A stretch of 64,000 nucleotides of DNA from Vermamoeba vermiformis. Lineage: Eukaryota. The stretch is from contig JBEWZL010000270.1 of assembly GCA_045837725.1 (NCBI GenBank), positions 248,001 to 312,000 on the forward strand, written 5' to 3'. Below the pieces are notes generated by a model, which was not told the DNA's origin, did not search any database, and saw only the letters and a list, made by a program, of their open reading frames with translations. Position 1 is the stretch's first letter. Every line of letters begins with the position of its first letter. Below, piece after piece: positions 13,383-26,594 of this stretch. The position numbers were made by a program, and so were the translations under genes.

Positions 13383-13733
13383 CGTAAGCTGTTAGAAAAT
13401 GACTGAATTTACTACAGCAGCAGTATTTATAATTTCTCAGCCCCATTTTTTAAGTATTGCGATCTGTAGTTGGGGAAAAAGTTTTGGGGACCAGATCGGT
13501 CATATAATCACGTGTTTTCAACTAACAGGATTCTCAATTCAGTTGGATTGCAGCAACAAGGTACTCGGCGATGTGACTATCAATAGAACGTAATCAAGTC
13601 TACGAACAATCGCTAGACTGCTCTTGCTGACCGGAGTGCAATTTGACAGCCAACGAGAAAAAAAAGTTAAATAAACAAGGAATAATTTAGTCGTCGGAAA
13701 GAGTAGATTTGATTCAGAGAAGTTAATTTGTAT

Positions 13734-14816
13734 TTACAAGATTGCCGTGGCAATGACGGCGAATATCACCGCTAATGACGTAACCAACGCAACACTTCCG
13801 CTAGTTTTGGACGAGGGTGCTTTGGATCCAAAAGGTGATGTAATTGGTTGAGTAGTAGGAGTAGTGCAGCCTTCAATTTGAGCCGATTGACATTGACCTG
13901 TTGCCGGAACACAAGTCGAGTTGAAGCACGGTTGTTCTGGCAGACACTCTTTCGGCGAAGCACCGACGCAAACACCAGATTGACACGTGTCAACTTCAGT
14001 GCACATGTCTTCATCATCGCATGAGGCTCCGTCTGAGACAGGTGTCGTGGTGCATCCAGTAGTAGCACTGCACTCAAAGCAGCCGCAATCAACAACCGCA
14101 GTACCTGTGCAAACGCCAGCTTGACACGTCGAGTTGCTCGTGCACTCGTTGTAATCGTCGCAAGAGTCACCTTCGTTCTTGCCTTCACACGGATCAGCAG
14201 GCATCCAGATCTCACGGACCCAAACGGTATCGTCGTTGAGGCCATCAGTAGCGCCGCATCGATAGCCTCCGTCAAAGTATAAAGCTACAAAAGTCGGTTA
14301 GTCTTGAGGTCGAGAGTGAATCAAATTAATCTGAGTCTTTGACCGACACTTACTATTTGCATGCCAACATAATCTATATTCAGCATTGGTACTTTCTACA
14401 TCACAGGAGTCTTTGGAGACCGCATCTCCTTCTTTCGCAAAGCCGATCGAGGTCAAGTTATTGAAGTAGAACCCTACGCCGTTGTCATTTGAAACGATAT
14501 CTGTATTATCAGAACCAGTATCGTTCATCATGATAGATCTGTCGCCAACGGCAAGCAAAGTGAACGAAGCGGATTCCGTTTGATTTCTGCATCCGTAAAG
14601 TAGATGTGCACCAGTGCAGTTGTTGAAGACGTCTCTGACAAGGTCTGTTTGAGTATTATATACAGTCATCCAGCAGCGCTTCCATCCACGAAGTTGATCA
14701 GCTGGAACGTCCGTTTGTGGGCCGTAGGGGTAATAAACCGGCTTGTACGAAGACGTTGCGCCCAAGAAAGCGAGAGAAGCAATGACGCAAATAAATAAAA
14801 GCCTGGTTGTATTCAT
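13734..14816 (-). CDS. Cys-rich surface protein, family A copy 2 (one intron near 14287-14352)
   Basis: Clear paralogue of 12313-13382 with the same intron position after RLCWH. Confidence 0.8.
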
Positions 14817-15266
14817 GTTGATAAAACTAAGCTTTGAATAGCAAAATTTATCGCAATTTTTAAAATTGTATCTCGTGTTTCAAGATTGCGTTGGTTCCAA
14901 AAATAGCCTAACCGAATTTCAAACTGCTTTAACGATACTGTAGACAGTTATAATTGAAGACTTCGAGAATAGTAAAATATCTAGCATTCAAAGAGGCTGA
15001 AAATAAAAAATTATTCTCTGCCAAAGGAAATGAAACGGAATCCAACCTCATTACTAAAATACGGAGCCCTATTGAATAATTCCATACGGTAATGTGAAAA
15101 TTAATGGATATCCATTTGATTTTTTGGGATTTTTTGGTGGATGCCTGATTCTCCTCAGATGATTTTTTCAAACTCGATCTTAACAATGACAAGTTGCTTA
15201 CCCGATTGACTAATATAACTGTAACTCTTATTTGAGTTGCATCCCAATAGGTACATTTATCGTCTA

Positions 15267-17053
15267 CTACTGTACATGGTTGAGATAACGCGGATCCAGC
15301 TTTCCCTTCGATTCAAACTCCGACGATTTAACTACATAATTCAAAAGTTTCCATGCCACTAAGTTCATCGTCCACGTCAGTTTGCTGTACCCTGGTAGAT
15401 ATTTTTGACAAATTTGGTCAACTTGAGTCTTTGCTATGCTCGCTGCTAAAAATAGATCTGTGAACGTGGAGCCTTTAGCTAAGCCTAACTGATCGGCAAA
15501 ATAATCCCCTATAAAGAACCTAATAACATATCTCAGCGACCTCCTTCGCGTTTATGGGTGCCGTACCTTGCCCTACTTTCAGTGAAATATTTTGGTTCCC
15601 AAAACAGGCCGTTCCGTACACAATCAAGTGCCATTTTTGTTAATAATACGCTATCTTGGCTCGGGTTATAACGACCGACCTGCAAAACCATAATAAGAAT
15701 CAGATCCCACCACCGTTATTACTAAATTGCAATACATACCATGGTGTTATAGTACAGTTCATGTTGTTCCCAAGTCTTCGGCAAGAATATTTCTTCAACA
15801 CCCAATAAATACCCGATGTAATTAAATAAATGCAAACTACTGTCTTTGACCGCTGGCAAACGAAGTAAGTGATGCGTGACCCGCACTTTCGTACACCAAG
15901 AGGGCCTTACCTTGACTAATATTAACGCCTAATAGCTCTGCGTTTCTTAAGGGCACCCAGCTGAACATGAAGAGAGTACCGATTGAGTCTGTCTAAATAA
16001 GGAAAGTGTCAAATCTCGTGCGAGATACCAAGCCAAACACGTACTTGATTGACGGGATGTCCGTACTTTTCATAGTCCCAATTTGATTTAATACACATTC
16101 GCCTAACCCATGCATGAACCATCCGTACTAAATTAAGCATTAATTTGATTGCTGATGGTGCTTAGAGTACTCAGATCTAGATCTAGTTTACCTTTTATGG
16201 TGAACTCCCAACCCTTTTGATTCGGTCGTGGGGCAGTTGTAGCGTAATTGAGCCATAAACCTGTTTCGAGAACTCGTCTAGTTGCTTCCTAAAAAGGAAA
16301 TAGTAAGTCCACGACCTGACGCAGATCCTAAATCTTGATCGTACCTCAGGTTTGACGAGCCTTCCAGTTATAGTTAATACATGAGCTCCTTCAGACATAC
16401 AATATGATTCGATTAACGCCGTATTAATTGCTGTTACAACAATGTGACCATTCCTAAAAAGGAAAACGAGTTGGATCAGTACAAAAACTCACATTTCTAA
16501 CGAAGAAAGGAACTTACGTGAGCCAAAACTCCCTGATTAAATCCATTTTATTAAAATCTACGCCTTCTGGCACTCTGTTATTGTAGTCAATGAATTTCTT
16601 GCAAGCGGAGTTCGGATCTTGCTCCGCTTTTGCAGACAACTATTTTAAGCTGTATTAGTACTAGCTATATTCCCTCACTTCTTGTCTCATACTGAGTTAC
16701 CTTTTGCAAAAAGTCAGGCGAGCTGGGGTGATAATAATTAAGTTCTTTCAGGACCGCATCCGCCTTACAAATAAACAAGTCAGTTAAATAATTAGGAGAA
16801 AATATAGATAATTTAGGGTTTATTTGAAAGAGTCAATGCGCTCGATGATGAGTTTTAACGGAAATTGAAAATTAAAATTCCAGAATAATTAGAATAAATA
16901 ATATTATCGTACCAAATCATCTCCTCTGTGCCTGCCTTCTTCCAATATTTTATTGTATTCCTGATCCATTGGCAATCGCTTCGGATTCAAATGCGCTCGT
17001 GTTTTTTTGACTTTATCAAGCAACCGAAACGGATATGCGAGCACCGATGCCAT
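15267..17053 (-). CDS. MpaB/DUF2236 (Lcp rubber-oxygenase-like) heme oxygenase family protein, multi-exon
   Basis: Hand-spliced motifs GDDLADAV, GAHVLTITGRL, ATRRVLETGLWL, VRMVHAWVRR...WDYEKYGHPVNQTDSIGTLFMF, LHLFNYIGYLLGVEE. Confidence 0.85.
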
Positions 17054-17193
17054 ATTTGTATCTGGTGTTTACATTAATCGTGGTCTCATGCGTCTTAGTT
17101 CAAACTTTTTGCTAAATAATTCTATTGGCCGCTCTTAAAATAACTGACCAATAGCGTAATCCCTAAACTTAATTTATTGGTGATTACATAATA

Positions 17194-19952
17194 TTAGCAT
17201 ACGCTAACGTATTTAGATAATGCCAGCATTGAAGTTGCATAAGTGAGAGCAGGCGAAGACCAATACGGGAAATATTCTTGGTTGTTATTGTAGCCCTAAT
17301 AAAATTATTAATGGATGGACTAACACCATAGGTAGTATAACGATGTTATATGAAAGTAGTGCTATGATGCTTACATTAAAGGTCAACGGTACCGGGAAAC
17401 CAAACCATTGTTGTTGCAACAATTGGTTGTATTCGTCATCGGAGATATAACCTAATTTGGCAATGATACTTAGCGCTCGTATTGCCGCCGAGATCTATTA
17501 TATAACGTACCTTGAACTACGTCCACCATTTTTCCGCTAATATTTTGAGGCCCGTTCGGTTTGATGGGGTTACCCTTCATGTCTTCGATTCTGTTGGCAG
17601 GATAGAACCACGGTCCAGTGCTCATATCCTTCATAGATCCTGAGAAGAAGGCGTTTTCTATAATAAATGAATAGAGTTTGAGTTAATTGAACTCGTGTAT
17701 GGGACGAAAAAGTCGCCAAACTAAGCGTGTCACGTGACTTACCAGGCAAGTAGGTATCGTCCAAAATGAAGGTGTTCAACCACGCAGCAGCCATATTGAC
17801 GACGTTCTTAACGCTCGAGGGTGTGTTCGACAACCATTTGCGTTGGCACGAGCCACCGTTTTGTGTCCAAGTATCGAGCAGTGCATTCATTGCCATAGCC
17901 GTGCTGAACAATCGATCTTCGGCGCTATTCAAGGGCTGGCCATTGCTAGTGTCATTATCGCCCTGTTAATATTTTGAAGTTAACATTAACCATGAAAAAT
18001 ACTTCGCAACAATGAGTGGAGCGCTTCTTTCTTGCGACTTTTGCTACGTACCAAGAAGTCGTCCCAGTAAGCCCAATTGTTATTATAGTCATAAGTGACG
18101 AGTCCTAACAAAGCTTTGGTGCCTTCATTCTCCATGGCGTCGCTGATAACATCACGAACAGTGTTCATCACGTCGTAAGGAATGTCCGCGGTATTGCGCA
18201 ACAAGAATGCAGTACGTGATGCGAACCAGAAGAAATCAAAAGTAGGCGGGTAATACAACAAGGCCAAGTCTGGTCTGTGCAATACGACGTTGTTTCTGAT
18301 AGTCCTAGAAATTGAACGTTAGATCAGCTCGGATCATCTACTGAAAGTTCTCAATGCTAATAGTGAATAACAATATAAATATGACTTACCAAGCAACTAA
18401 CTTTGCAGTATCTAAATACACTTGTTGCAAATCCGTGTTGAACCATTTCGACGAATCGTTGAAAGTCAAGGCACCCATAGTCATTCCAAAAATACTGTTA
18501 GCAGAGACCGAAGCATCGACGTTATTGGCATTGAAGGGCTAAAAATGATGAGTTACATCACGTGCATCGAAATTCCATATTAGGCAAGAATCGACTCACC
18601 ATCTTTACGGTCTCGTTAACGAAGAAATCGGAACGATCCTCAGCGAGGTTCATAATCCATGTGGTGACCAACTTTACGTCAGGTTGAGTGTTTTGTTTCT
18701 TAGCTGCTGAGGTAATTAAGGAAAATTAGTAACATGACCAAATTGGCGCACCTTTCTGGATCTTACCTTCTTCAGCAACTTCGTCCAAATAACCTCGGAT
18801 CCAGAAATAAGTTCTTGGATCGATCATATTATTGATGGTATCATTTTGGTTATCCGAAACAAATGGCTGATAAGCGTACTTGACGTAAGCTTGGGAAAGC
18901 GCATCCACATCTGAGTAAGTCTGTTGCCAAGTTTGGTAATACGGAGAATTTTGAGCATAGAGGAATGCTCCGAGCGCCAAATTCACGGAGGAATCATCAA
19001 AGTCAGCAGGAATATCTGAATAACAAAGGTTAGGTGTACTGAAGATCTGGATTTGATTCATGAAGAGTTTAAATTGTTTTGAATGCAGTATAAATATGAT
19101 TATTATACTTGCAACGTACTGAAAGCAGTCTTTAATGAATTCATAAAGCCGAGTCCTGCTTCGATGTCTTGCAACAACGATTCCCAGCCCAGGATTTTCA
19201 ACAGGTTCTCCAACAAATCGAAAAGATCAATACCATATTTCATCTAAATAAATTAGTTGGTATTATACAACTTAGAAGAACTCCAAAAATGTTTCAGATC
19301 TGATCAAAAAATTCCAACTTACTGTCTCTGCAATATTCGTCGGAGATTGGTACCAATACTGTCCGTTTTGACTTTTTCTTTGGCTCCAAAAGTCGACGAT
19401 AGCACTACCGTCGTTGAAGTTCTTGTCTTTGAATAAACTGATCGCGTTGAGTGCATCTGAGAGCATTTGAGTGTCTTGAGACATATCTATCGTGCCTAAT
19501 TGCTCTGCCTCGAACATCATTTGCAAAATCCAATTGGTGACGAAGTTATTATTGTCCTATATTTGGAACAACGGTCAAAGATTTTTAATGGACGGATCTT
19601 AAAATAATAAGAAACAAATAAAGCTGGCACGCGATTAAAAAATATTAAAATTAATTAGAACGCGTATTCTTACCGCAAACTTGAATAAATGACGTAAGGT
19701 GATCAGTTTGTAGTCTCCATGAAAATTAATATGCACGTTGCTCGGGAATAATCCCTTAATCTTTTCTTCTTGTAAAAATGGAATATAATTCGTTGATTCT
19801 TGATATTGAGAGCCCACTACATTAACGTACAAATTTTGGATTGTAGATTTGATATCATCGCGTGATCCTGCTTTTACGGGCTTAGCTGCGTGAGCGCAGA
19901 CCAAAATAGCCGCTAATACAAGCAAGCACGGGAACAGGGCTTTGTTGTGCAT
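17194..19952 (-). CDS. Secreted uncharacterised protein, multi-exon
   Basis: Signal peptide MHNKALFPCLLVLAAILVCAHA; consecutive minus-strand exons with GT-AG boundaries (DNNNFVTNWIL, FWSQ..SPTN, IPADFDDSSVNLALG, RPDLALLYYPPTFDFFWFASR, WSSPALTYA); function not recognised. Confidence 0.65.
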
Positions 19953-20136
19953 CTTTTCGGTCAACAGAACAAAATAAAAAATGGCGAAGGAACTTTCTGT
20001 GTCCGATCAGTTCACGTATGGAACAGTTAACTACCAAGCAAATAATGTAATGATTTAATAATTAAGCACTTTATTATATCATCATGAATACAAGACGCCA
20101 AGTGGTAATTCGGTGGAACAGATCAGATTTTGAAAT

Positions 20137-22936
20137 CTAGTCCAAAGGTGGAACAGGTGGGTTGGTAACGCCATAAGTAGCCAGGATAAACTCTGTATAC
20201 CACTCAGGCGGTTGCATGAATCGGTTCAACCAAATGCTGAACAAGTTGTCGACGAGAGGCAAATCTGCTTCGGTACGGTAGTACCAGAAATAATTGTTGC
20301 AAGTATTGATAATGAGCAAAAATATGTACTTGTCTTCTATAGGCCATCCGCAGTCTTTCATAATCTTTTCGAGCACTTCTTGACCCTTTTCGTCTTGTCT
20401 GCTCCAACTATCCGCATGACCGCTAGATCCGATGTACTCGTAGAACTCTTCATAATACATATCATAGACTGCTTGACCGGTGCGATTTTCAGATCCAGGC
20501 CACACCAGCCAATGTGTTTTTTCACGACAAATCGAGAACTCGACCTTGCCGACTTTGAAAACGTGCCACATTTCTTCAACTTGTTTCGCGCTGTTTGACG
20601 CTTGATATAAATTTAATATGCGCCGTTGTCTATCACTGTCTTTGGTGTCCATCAAGAGCACCCATCGCCACAACTCTTTTTTGGGAAACAATGTTTGGAT
20701 CTCCTGCGGATAGGTTCCCAACACTTTTTTTGCCTCATCATCGGTGCCAATCGACTCCGAGATTGCATCCACGCAAAGATATTTCAACGGCATTACGGTC
20801 GCTCGGTTCATTTGCGCGATCAAGTTGGCTGTCGGTAACATCGCTTTTTGATTGATGCTTGATAGTCCTGTCTTGCAACCTAAAAAAACAACGAAAATTA
20901 GAAAAGAGCTTGATTTTTCCTTATTAGGAAATGAACATTCAGAATGGTTATTTTTAATGAATCGCAGAAGATTACCTTTTTTGACAAAGAACTTCAATAC
21001 GTCAGTCAGACCCATATTAATAACAATTTGCACCATATTATTGAGTTGTTCAGTCGTTGCTTGATTGAATTCAGGTCGCTTAACGAGCATTCTAATGGAG
21101 TCAGCGCACTTGTTTTCAAAGCCAAGAATAATGTCCTCGATAGTCAACTTCGAACCTAATTTGCAAACAGAAGGATTAATATCGTATATAATATATGCTT
21201 AATATTATCAACTCACCTATTCCAATCAATTTTTCGGCCACTTGTGTTCTGTTACATCGGATCGCAGTATTCAACAGCGATCTTCCTTTATGGTGATGAA
21301 TGGACGCACCTATAAAGCAATAAATATGAACAAATAATCTATCATAGCGTTATTATTACGCATAAGATCGCCTATATTATTGTTTTTGAGGTTAATGTAA
21401 GGGGAATTCGGCCGAATGTTTTTGTTTGTACCTGATCGGTACAGATCTTACCATTTTCGATGAAAAACAACACAGTCTTCTCATCAAAATAAGATTTGAG
21501 GAACTCGTGCATAACCGCAGTTAATATGTGCTTTCGTTTGTGATGTTTGCGCGCCTCAGCCCATCGTTTCTCGTTCTTAATCAGCGCTGTAAACGCCGTC
21601 ACGGAATATGATTCTTCCAATATGACTTCAAGACAAGTTTTGCCTTGCTCATCTCTCGCGGAAAAATTGATAGGCAATTTCCATAATTCTTCCCAATTGA
21701 CTTGTGGATCTCGGTACATCCGCTGACGAAGAAAATGCAAAGAATGAATAGGCGTGTGACCAAATATATTCTTTCTGTTGATGAGCTCAGGATATTTGTT
21801 TGCAATGTAATGGAAGACGTTGATATCTGGATTAGGAAGGGCGATATGAAGAATTGAATTCTTCATCGGATCTTCCCACGACACAAGCGGAGTCAATTTC
21901 AAGTTTTTCACTTCATCTAATGATCCATATCGTATTTTAGCAAGCGTGAAGAAAAGCTCTGATCGAGAATTATCTCTAAAATAACAACAATTAAATAACC
22001 AAATAAGGCAATATCTAGATTTCTTCAACTTACGTGTACAATACTGCATCAGGCAATTCTACGACAATTTGTTGGAACAGTTCTTCAGCTGATTTTTTGC
22101 GCTCGCTCCAACCAAGTCTCTCGTCTTTAATGGAATACGTAACAATCATTCTGTCAAGGATCAGGATCCGCATTTTTGTATAACACACATAAAATTTTAA
22201 ATGAATTTAATTGGCTGAATTTAAATGTTCTACACGTATATTATATGATTACATAATTTACAATTTTTTTGAGAATATTTAAATTTAAAGACTTACGTTG
22301 CGCCTAAATACTCGGCAGTAGCTTTGATAAAAGCGTCAGGCACTTCCCGGCACTCCCCTCCTCTCATATCAGCTTCAAAATGCTTGATAATTATCCATTG
22401 ATGCGCCATAGTCTTTGTCGATTTGAAGTACAAAGGAAAAATCTGATCGGAAAAGTTAACGGATGTGCCTTCAATTTCATAATTTACGCTTGTAATTGCT
22501 TACGCTATCAAAAAGACCGGTAACTTCTTTTTCATTAAAGTCGTTGAATATTGCTGCCAGAGCTTTACTCTCACGCTGGAACTTTTTTGCTGGCTTGCCG
22601 TTGTTGAAAGTACCCAACAAATCAGGCCTCATATATTCTTCGTGAAAGCCCATTGGATTAAAATCGGCTGAAATGGCTATACAATATAAATATTATTAGT
22701 ATTTATTTAAATAATTTCGTAAATTAATTTATCTCACATTTTTGATCTCTTTGTACCCTGCAGCCATAGCTTTGGCAATATGTATTGTTTACGGCGAGTT
22801 GCACAAAATTATATGACACCGGGCCCAGGCAAGTAATGTACCAATACGGTCGCTCATCTGGATCGGCAACCACTTTTAGGAACGGAAAATTGGTCTTCTC
22901 TATTGTAAAGTGCTTTTGTATTGTGTTTTCTGCCAT
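20137..22936 (-). CDS. Ankyrin-repeat protein with unknown N-terminal domain and BC-box-like motif, multi-exon (single-gene model)
   Basis: Ankyrin-like segments NSILHIAL, NRKNIFGHTPIHSL, RDEQGKTCLEV, KGRSLLNTAIR; VMPLKYLCVDAI resembles a SOCS/BC-box; the exons at 22295-22936 splice in frame (AC|A ATG ATT) into the ankyrin part. Confidence 0.6.
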
Positions 22937-23551
22937 TTTCTCTTTAAGCTAATGCCGCTCTTAACGGTGCAAGACAAATAAAATTTTCAATCTCCCGTTC
23001 GAGATTACACGCCACGATTTTTTTGCTAGGTGTCGGTGCTCCTGAAAATGAAGCGACTTGCACTACAATTGATCTTCTGTAGCATGGCGGCAAGTTAAAT
23101 TTCCTAGTTGGAATTGCTGCGTCCTAATGAAGTGAATAGGAACCCTAATTCCTGAAGCGTGTTAGATCGCTTAAGATTTTTTAGTTTAAATGACAACCTT
23201 ATTAATAATTAATTATTGAACCAATTAATAACGTCGGATAGTAGCCGCGTTATTTAGATGTGAAAAGTTAATTTTTAAAAATTATCCTGGCGTTCTAACG
23301 ATTACTAAATAAGCGACAATTCTGCACTTATTTAATTAGAATTATTATTAGAATTATTAGTATTAATCTTAGTCTCGATCGTGTCAAAAAAAAATCTTGG
23401 ATCAAACATGATGCAAATAATTACAGTCACAGTAACACATACGTACTATATTAAGTGCATATTTAATATAATCGCACCTGAATGTTACCAATGACGTGAC
23501 AGAATAGCAAATTATGCTAAAAGTTAGAAACTTTTCTTTCCGCGGACAAAG

Positions 23552-25013
23552 GGGAGGCTATAAGCTTGGTCGGTTCAGTCCAAAAACCAACCAGAAAATT
23601 CTGACCGACAAAAGATCGGTTTTTCGGTTTGAAAACCGGCACCAATAAAGCACCAAAACCGACCTGAACCGATCACCAATAACAGATCGGTTCAGGTCGG
23701 TTTATATGTAGTATCGCGTTTGTAGGAGTCGAGAACAAGGACAAGCTTATTTTTGTACAACGATAAGTTAATTTCTTGGCCAGATTTAAATACACACGCA
23801 AGTTGATCTTCAATCGCTTTTCTTCCCTTAGCTAGCAATTCAATTCACTCTCTTATGCACTTCAATTATTATTTAAGCTGATACTGCAAGTCTTGGGCGA
23901 TTGGAAAGTCGGTGCGACCCAGATCTGACCTGATCCGCTGGTGTTTCTAAACCAAGTTATTTATCGACAACGATTTTGAGTCCGTATTGTCAATTTTGCA
24001 TATTTTATTTGTATTTCGACTGCTTTCTACATAAATTGCCAATGTTAGAGCATCTAAACGGAACCAGTAATTGGTTGTACTCAGATCGGCATTAAATACG
24101 TGGAGTAGATTTTAATTTCTTTGGAGATCGCATCAAAGGCTTTAAAACTATGTAATAAAATCGCTTAGATGTAAAATCAATGATTAAAATCTTACCAAAG
24201 ATAGTTTGAGAATATAAGGTTCACCGAAGTGCTTCGGTTCTGATCGCTCTGTAGCGCATCGCTTTCCATGAACTACCCATATCAGTAAACCCTTAGCATG
24301 TGGAAGCAAGGATATTGGTTTCGATTTGGATTAGCCGCTACTAGAAGCAGTCTAAAATTAATGAGTTAAAATTTTTTGCGAGATCCGTGAAGAGCACCTG
24401 CAACGTTCTTGTAATAATGAGGCTTGCTATTGAGAAAGTTTTTTATAATGGTAAAATTTATTACGCAATAAAAATAGTCCTAAAATAGTCCTTAATGGTA
24501 CACCAACACGATTGTGAAATAGATCTCGAAAAATCGATAAAATACGGCCCACCCAAAAAATATTACTTGAATTCTATAAAATTAATATTAATATTTTACC
24601 ATATTATCATGCATCAAGAGTCTTCTCGGCAAAAGAAGCCAGATAATGAGCGAATTTTGCATCCGTTGGTTGGAAAGAGTAACGGAACATTCTGTAGTCT
24701 GTGCCGATGGGGTTAACCCAATAAATTACATTGTATAGTATGCGTTTTACCGAGTAATATTGGTCCAAGAAACGCATCTTCGATCGGTGAAAGGATGGGA
24801 CAAAATAGTTGCGAAATAGGCTAGAATGATTCAAAACCATGTAATAATGTGTTTTGCCCGTGAGATCCGGCTAAACATGTGGTAGTTCATGATCGGTTCA
24901 GGTCGGTTTTGGTGCTTTATTGGTTCCAGTTTTCAAACCGAAAAACCGATCTTTTGTCGGTCAGAATTTTTTAGTTGGTTTTTGGGCCGAACCGACAAAG
25001 CTTATTGCCTCCC
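23552..25013. mobile_element. Class II (cut-and-paste) DNA transposon, non-autonomous or decayed, 1462 bp
   Basis: 124-bp terminal inverted repeats 23552-23675 and 24890-25013 (about 8 mismatches, ends GGGAGGC...GCCTCCC); 8-bp direct repeat GGACAAAG at 23544-23551 and 25014-25021; no intact transposase ORF visible. Confidence 0.9.
23656..23703. repeat. Perfect 19-bp hairpin at the inner end of the left TIR
   Basis: AAACCGACCTGAACCGATC, 10-nt loop, GATCGGTTCAGGTCGGTTT. Confidence 0.9.
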
Positions 25014-25065
25014 GGACAAAGACAGCCTGTCCAGCAATTTTTGGCATTTCAATTGCGAAACAAAT

Positions 25066-26248
25066 ATGAGTGCAACAAATAACGCAATGAGTTCTGCCAA
25101 GAATAACATTTCAAAAAATAAAAAAAGAAAAAGATCAGATGATAGCGAATCTAGCTCTGAAAGTGAAGTAGAAATTAAGAAAACGAATACAAACAGTAAG
25201 AATAAAAAATTAAAAGCGAATGAAGATCCGGAGAAAGCACAGCAACTCAAGCAAGCTTTGAAGGATCACGAAGTTACCTTGACAAGTGCGCAAAAAGAGA
25301 ATAAAAAGAATAAAACTCCTGGAAAAATACGTGCAAATAAGTTACCGCATCGAATGGACAAGTCAATTAAAGACAAGTCGTGGCCGAAAGTTGAGGGATT
25401 CAAAGTACGATCCAACATGAGCTTTAAATCATTTTTCATTTGTTTTCAGCATTTATCTAGACTATGTATGATATTAACATTATTATCTAATCATATAGAA
25501 TATCGGCGTGTGCTCTGGATCGCCTGGGATCTTCAAAGAATTATCGCCGATGAAACTTGGACCAATTGCACATGAGGAAGCTGGTCTTCCTGCCGCTAAA
25601 AACTTGGAAAACTTATGGCAGTATAGTAAAGCAAGTTGATTGATCGGAAAAGTCCGCAACAAGCCTAACAGATCTCGCGTTTTAGGTTTTCAGCGGGGAT
25701 GTGGATTCCAAAGGCAATATTTTACCTTCATGGTACGCCAGAAGAAAACAAGGATTTGCTGACGCAAAGCCTCATAGGTACGTTAATTGTTTTTGAGTTG
25801 TTGAAAGATTGATCTGATCGAGCGCTTTTTAGACGCGCCAAAAAATTAAGTCCTGGTGAAAAGACATTGTATTCTTTTTGGAAGGGCGAAAAGCTTGATT
25901 ATATGCAAGCTCGAAAAAAGATTTACTGCCCTTTGTACGCCGAATATGTCGTAAAAACAGCTGCGTGGACCAAACTTAAAGAATTGATGAATGATGGCTA
26001 TAATATTCAAGTTCTCGGATATGATGGCTATGATTACGTTGCGTAAGTACTAAATTGATACATAATAAGTCTTTAATTATTGATTTAATATCGTACTTTC
26101 GTTGACGGATGTGAGTTGACGAATTAATTTCTTATGTAGAGAAGGAAAAACATTAAAAGAATGCTTTAACGATACTTCAAGACCATTTGGTCACGAATTA
26201 GTCATCGCTTGCTTATTGGTCGGCGAGAAACCGTGGGAAGATGAATAA
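25066..26248 (+). CDS. DUF6939-like (putatively NADAR-related) protein with Lys/Ser-rich N-terminus, multi-exon
   Basis: Spliced product contains LSPMKLGP..AKNLENLWQYSKVF, LDYMQARKKIYCPLYAEYV, VLGYDG, DTSRPFGHELVIACLL; NLS-like KNKKRKRS. Confidence 0.65.
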
Positions 26249-26594
26249 ACAAGCGGATCTGCTGTTTATTTGAGTTTAGTCTACTTTTGATCGTACGATC
26301 AATAAATAACGAGCTTTTATACCAACCTCTGTGCCGAGATTCGTCACAATTTCCTTTTTTTACGTTCACGAGCAGAATTCGTACCGTTTCCTTTTGAGTA
26401 ATCATGTTAGAATCTAAATCAGCTTGAGATTGAATACATTCAAAGAATGAGGTAACAAAAGATTACGCCAAAAACCCAAAAAATGGGTTTCATGCCAAAT
26501 TAACCCATTTCTGGGAAATGCAACAACTGCGAATTGGGGAAGGAAGTTCATTTAACGTGAACAATTTCGTTCAGTTACACTAATATTAATCAAC

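Noticed and set aside
24495-24840. Short ORFs inside the transposon as a possible transposase
   Set aside because: No convincing DDE, hAT or Mutator motif in any frame I read; multiple stops
24889-25065. N-terminal part of the 228-aa ORF (MIGSGRFWCF...)
   Set aside because: It is a translation of the transposon right TIR; the gene most likely starts at ATG 25066
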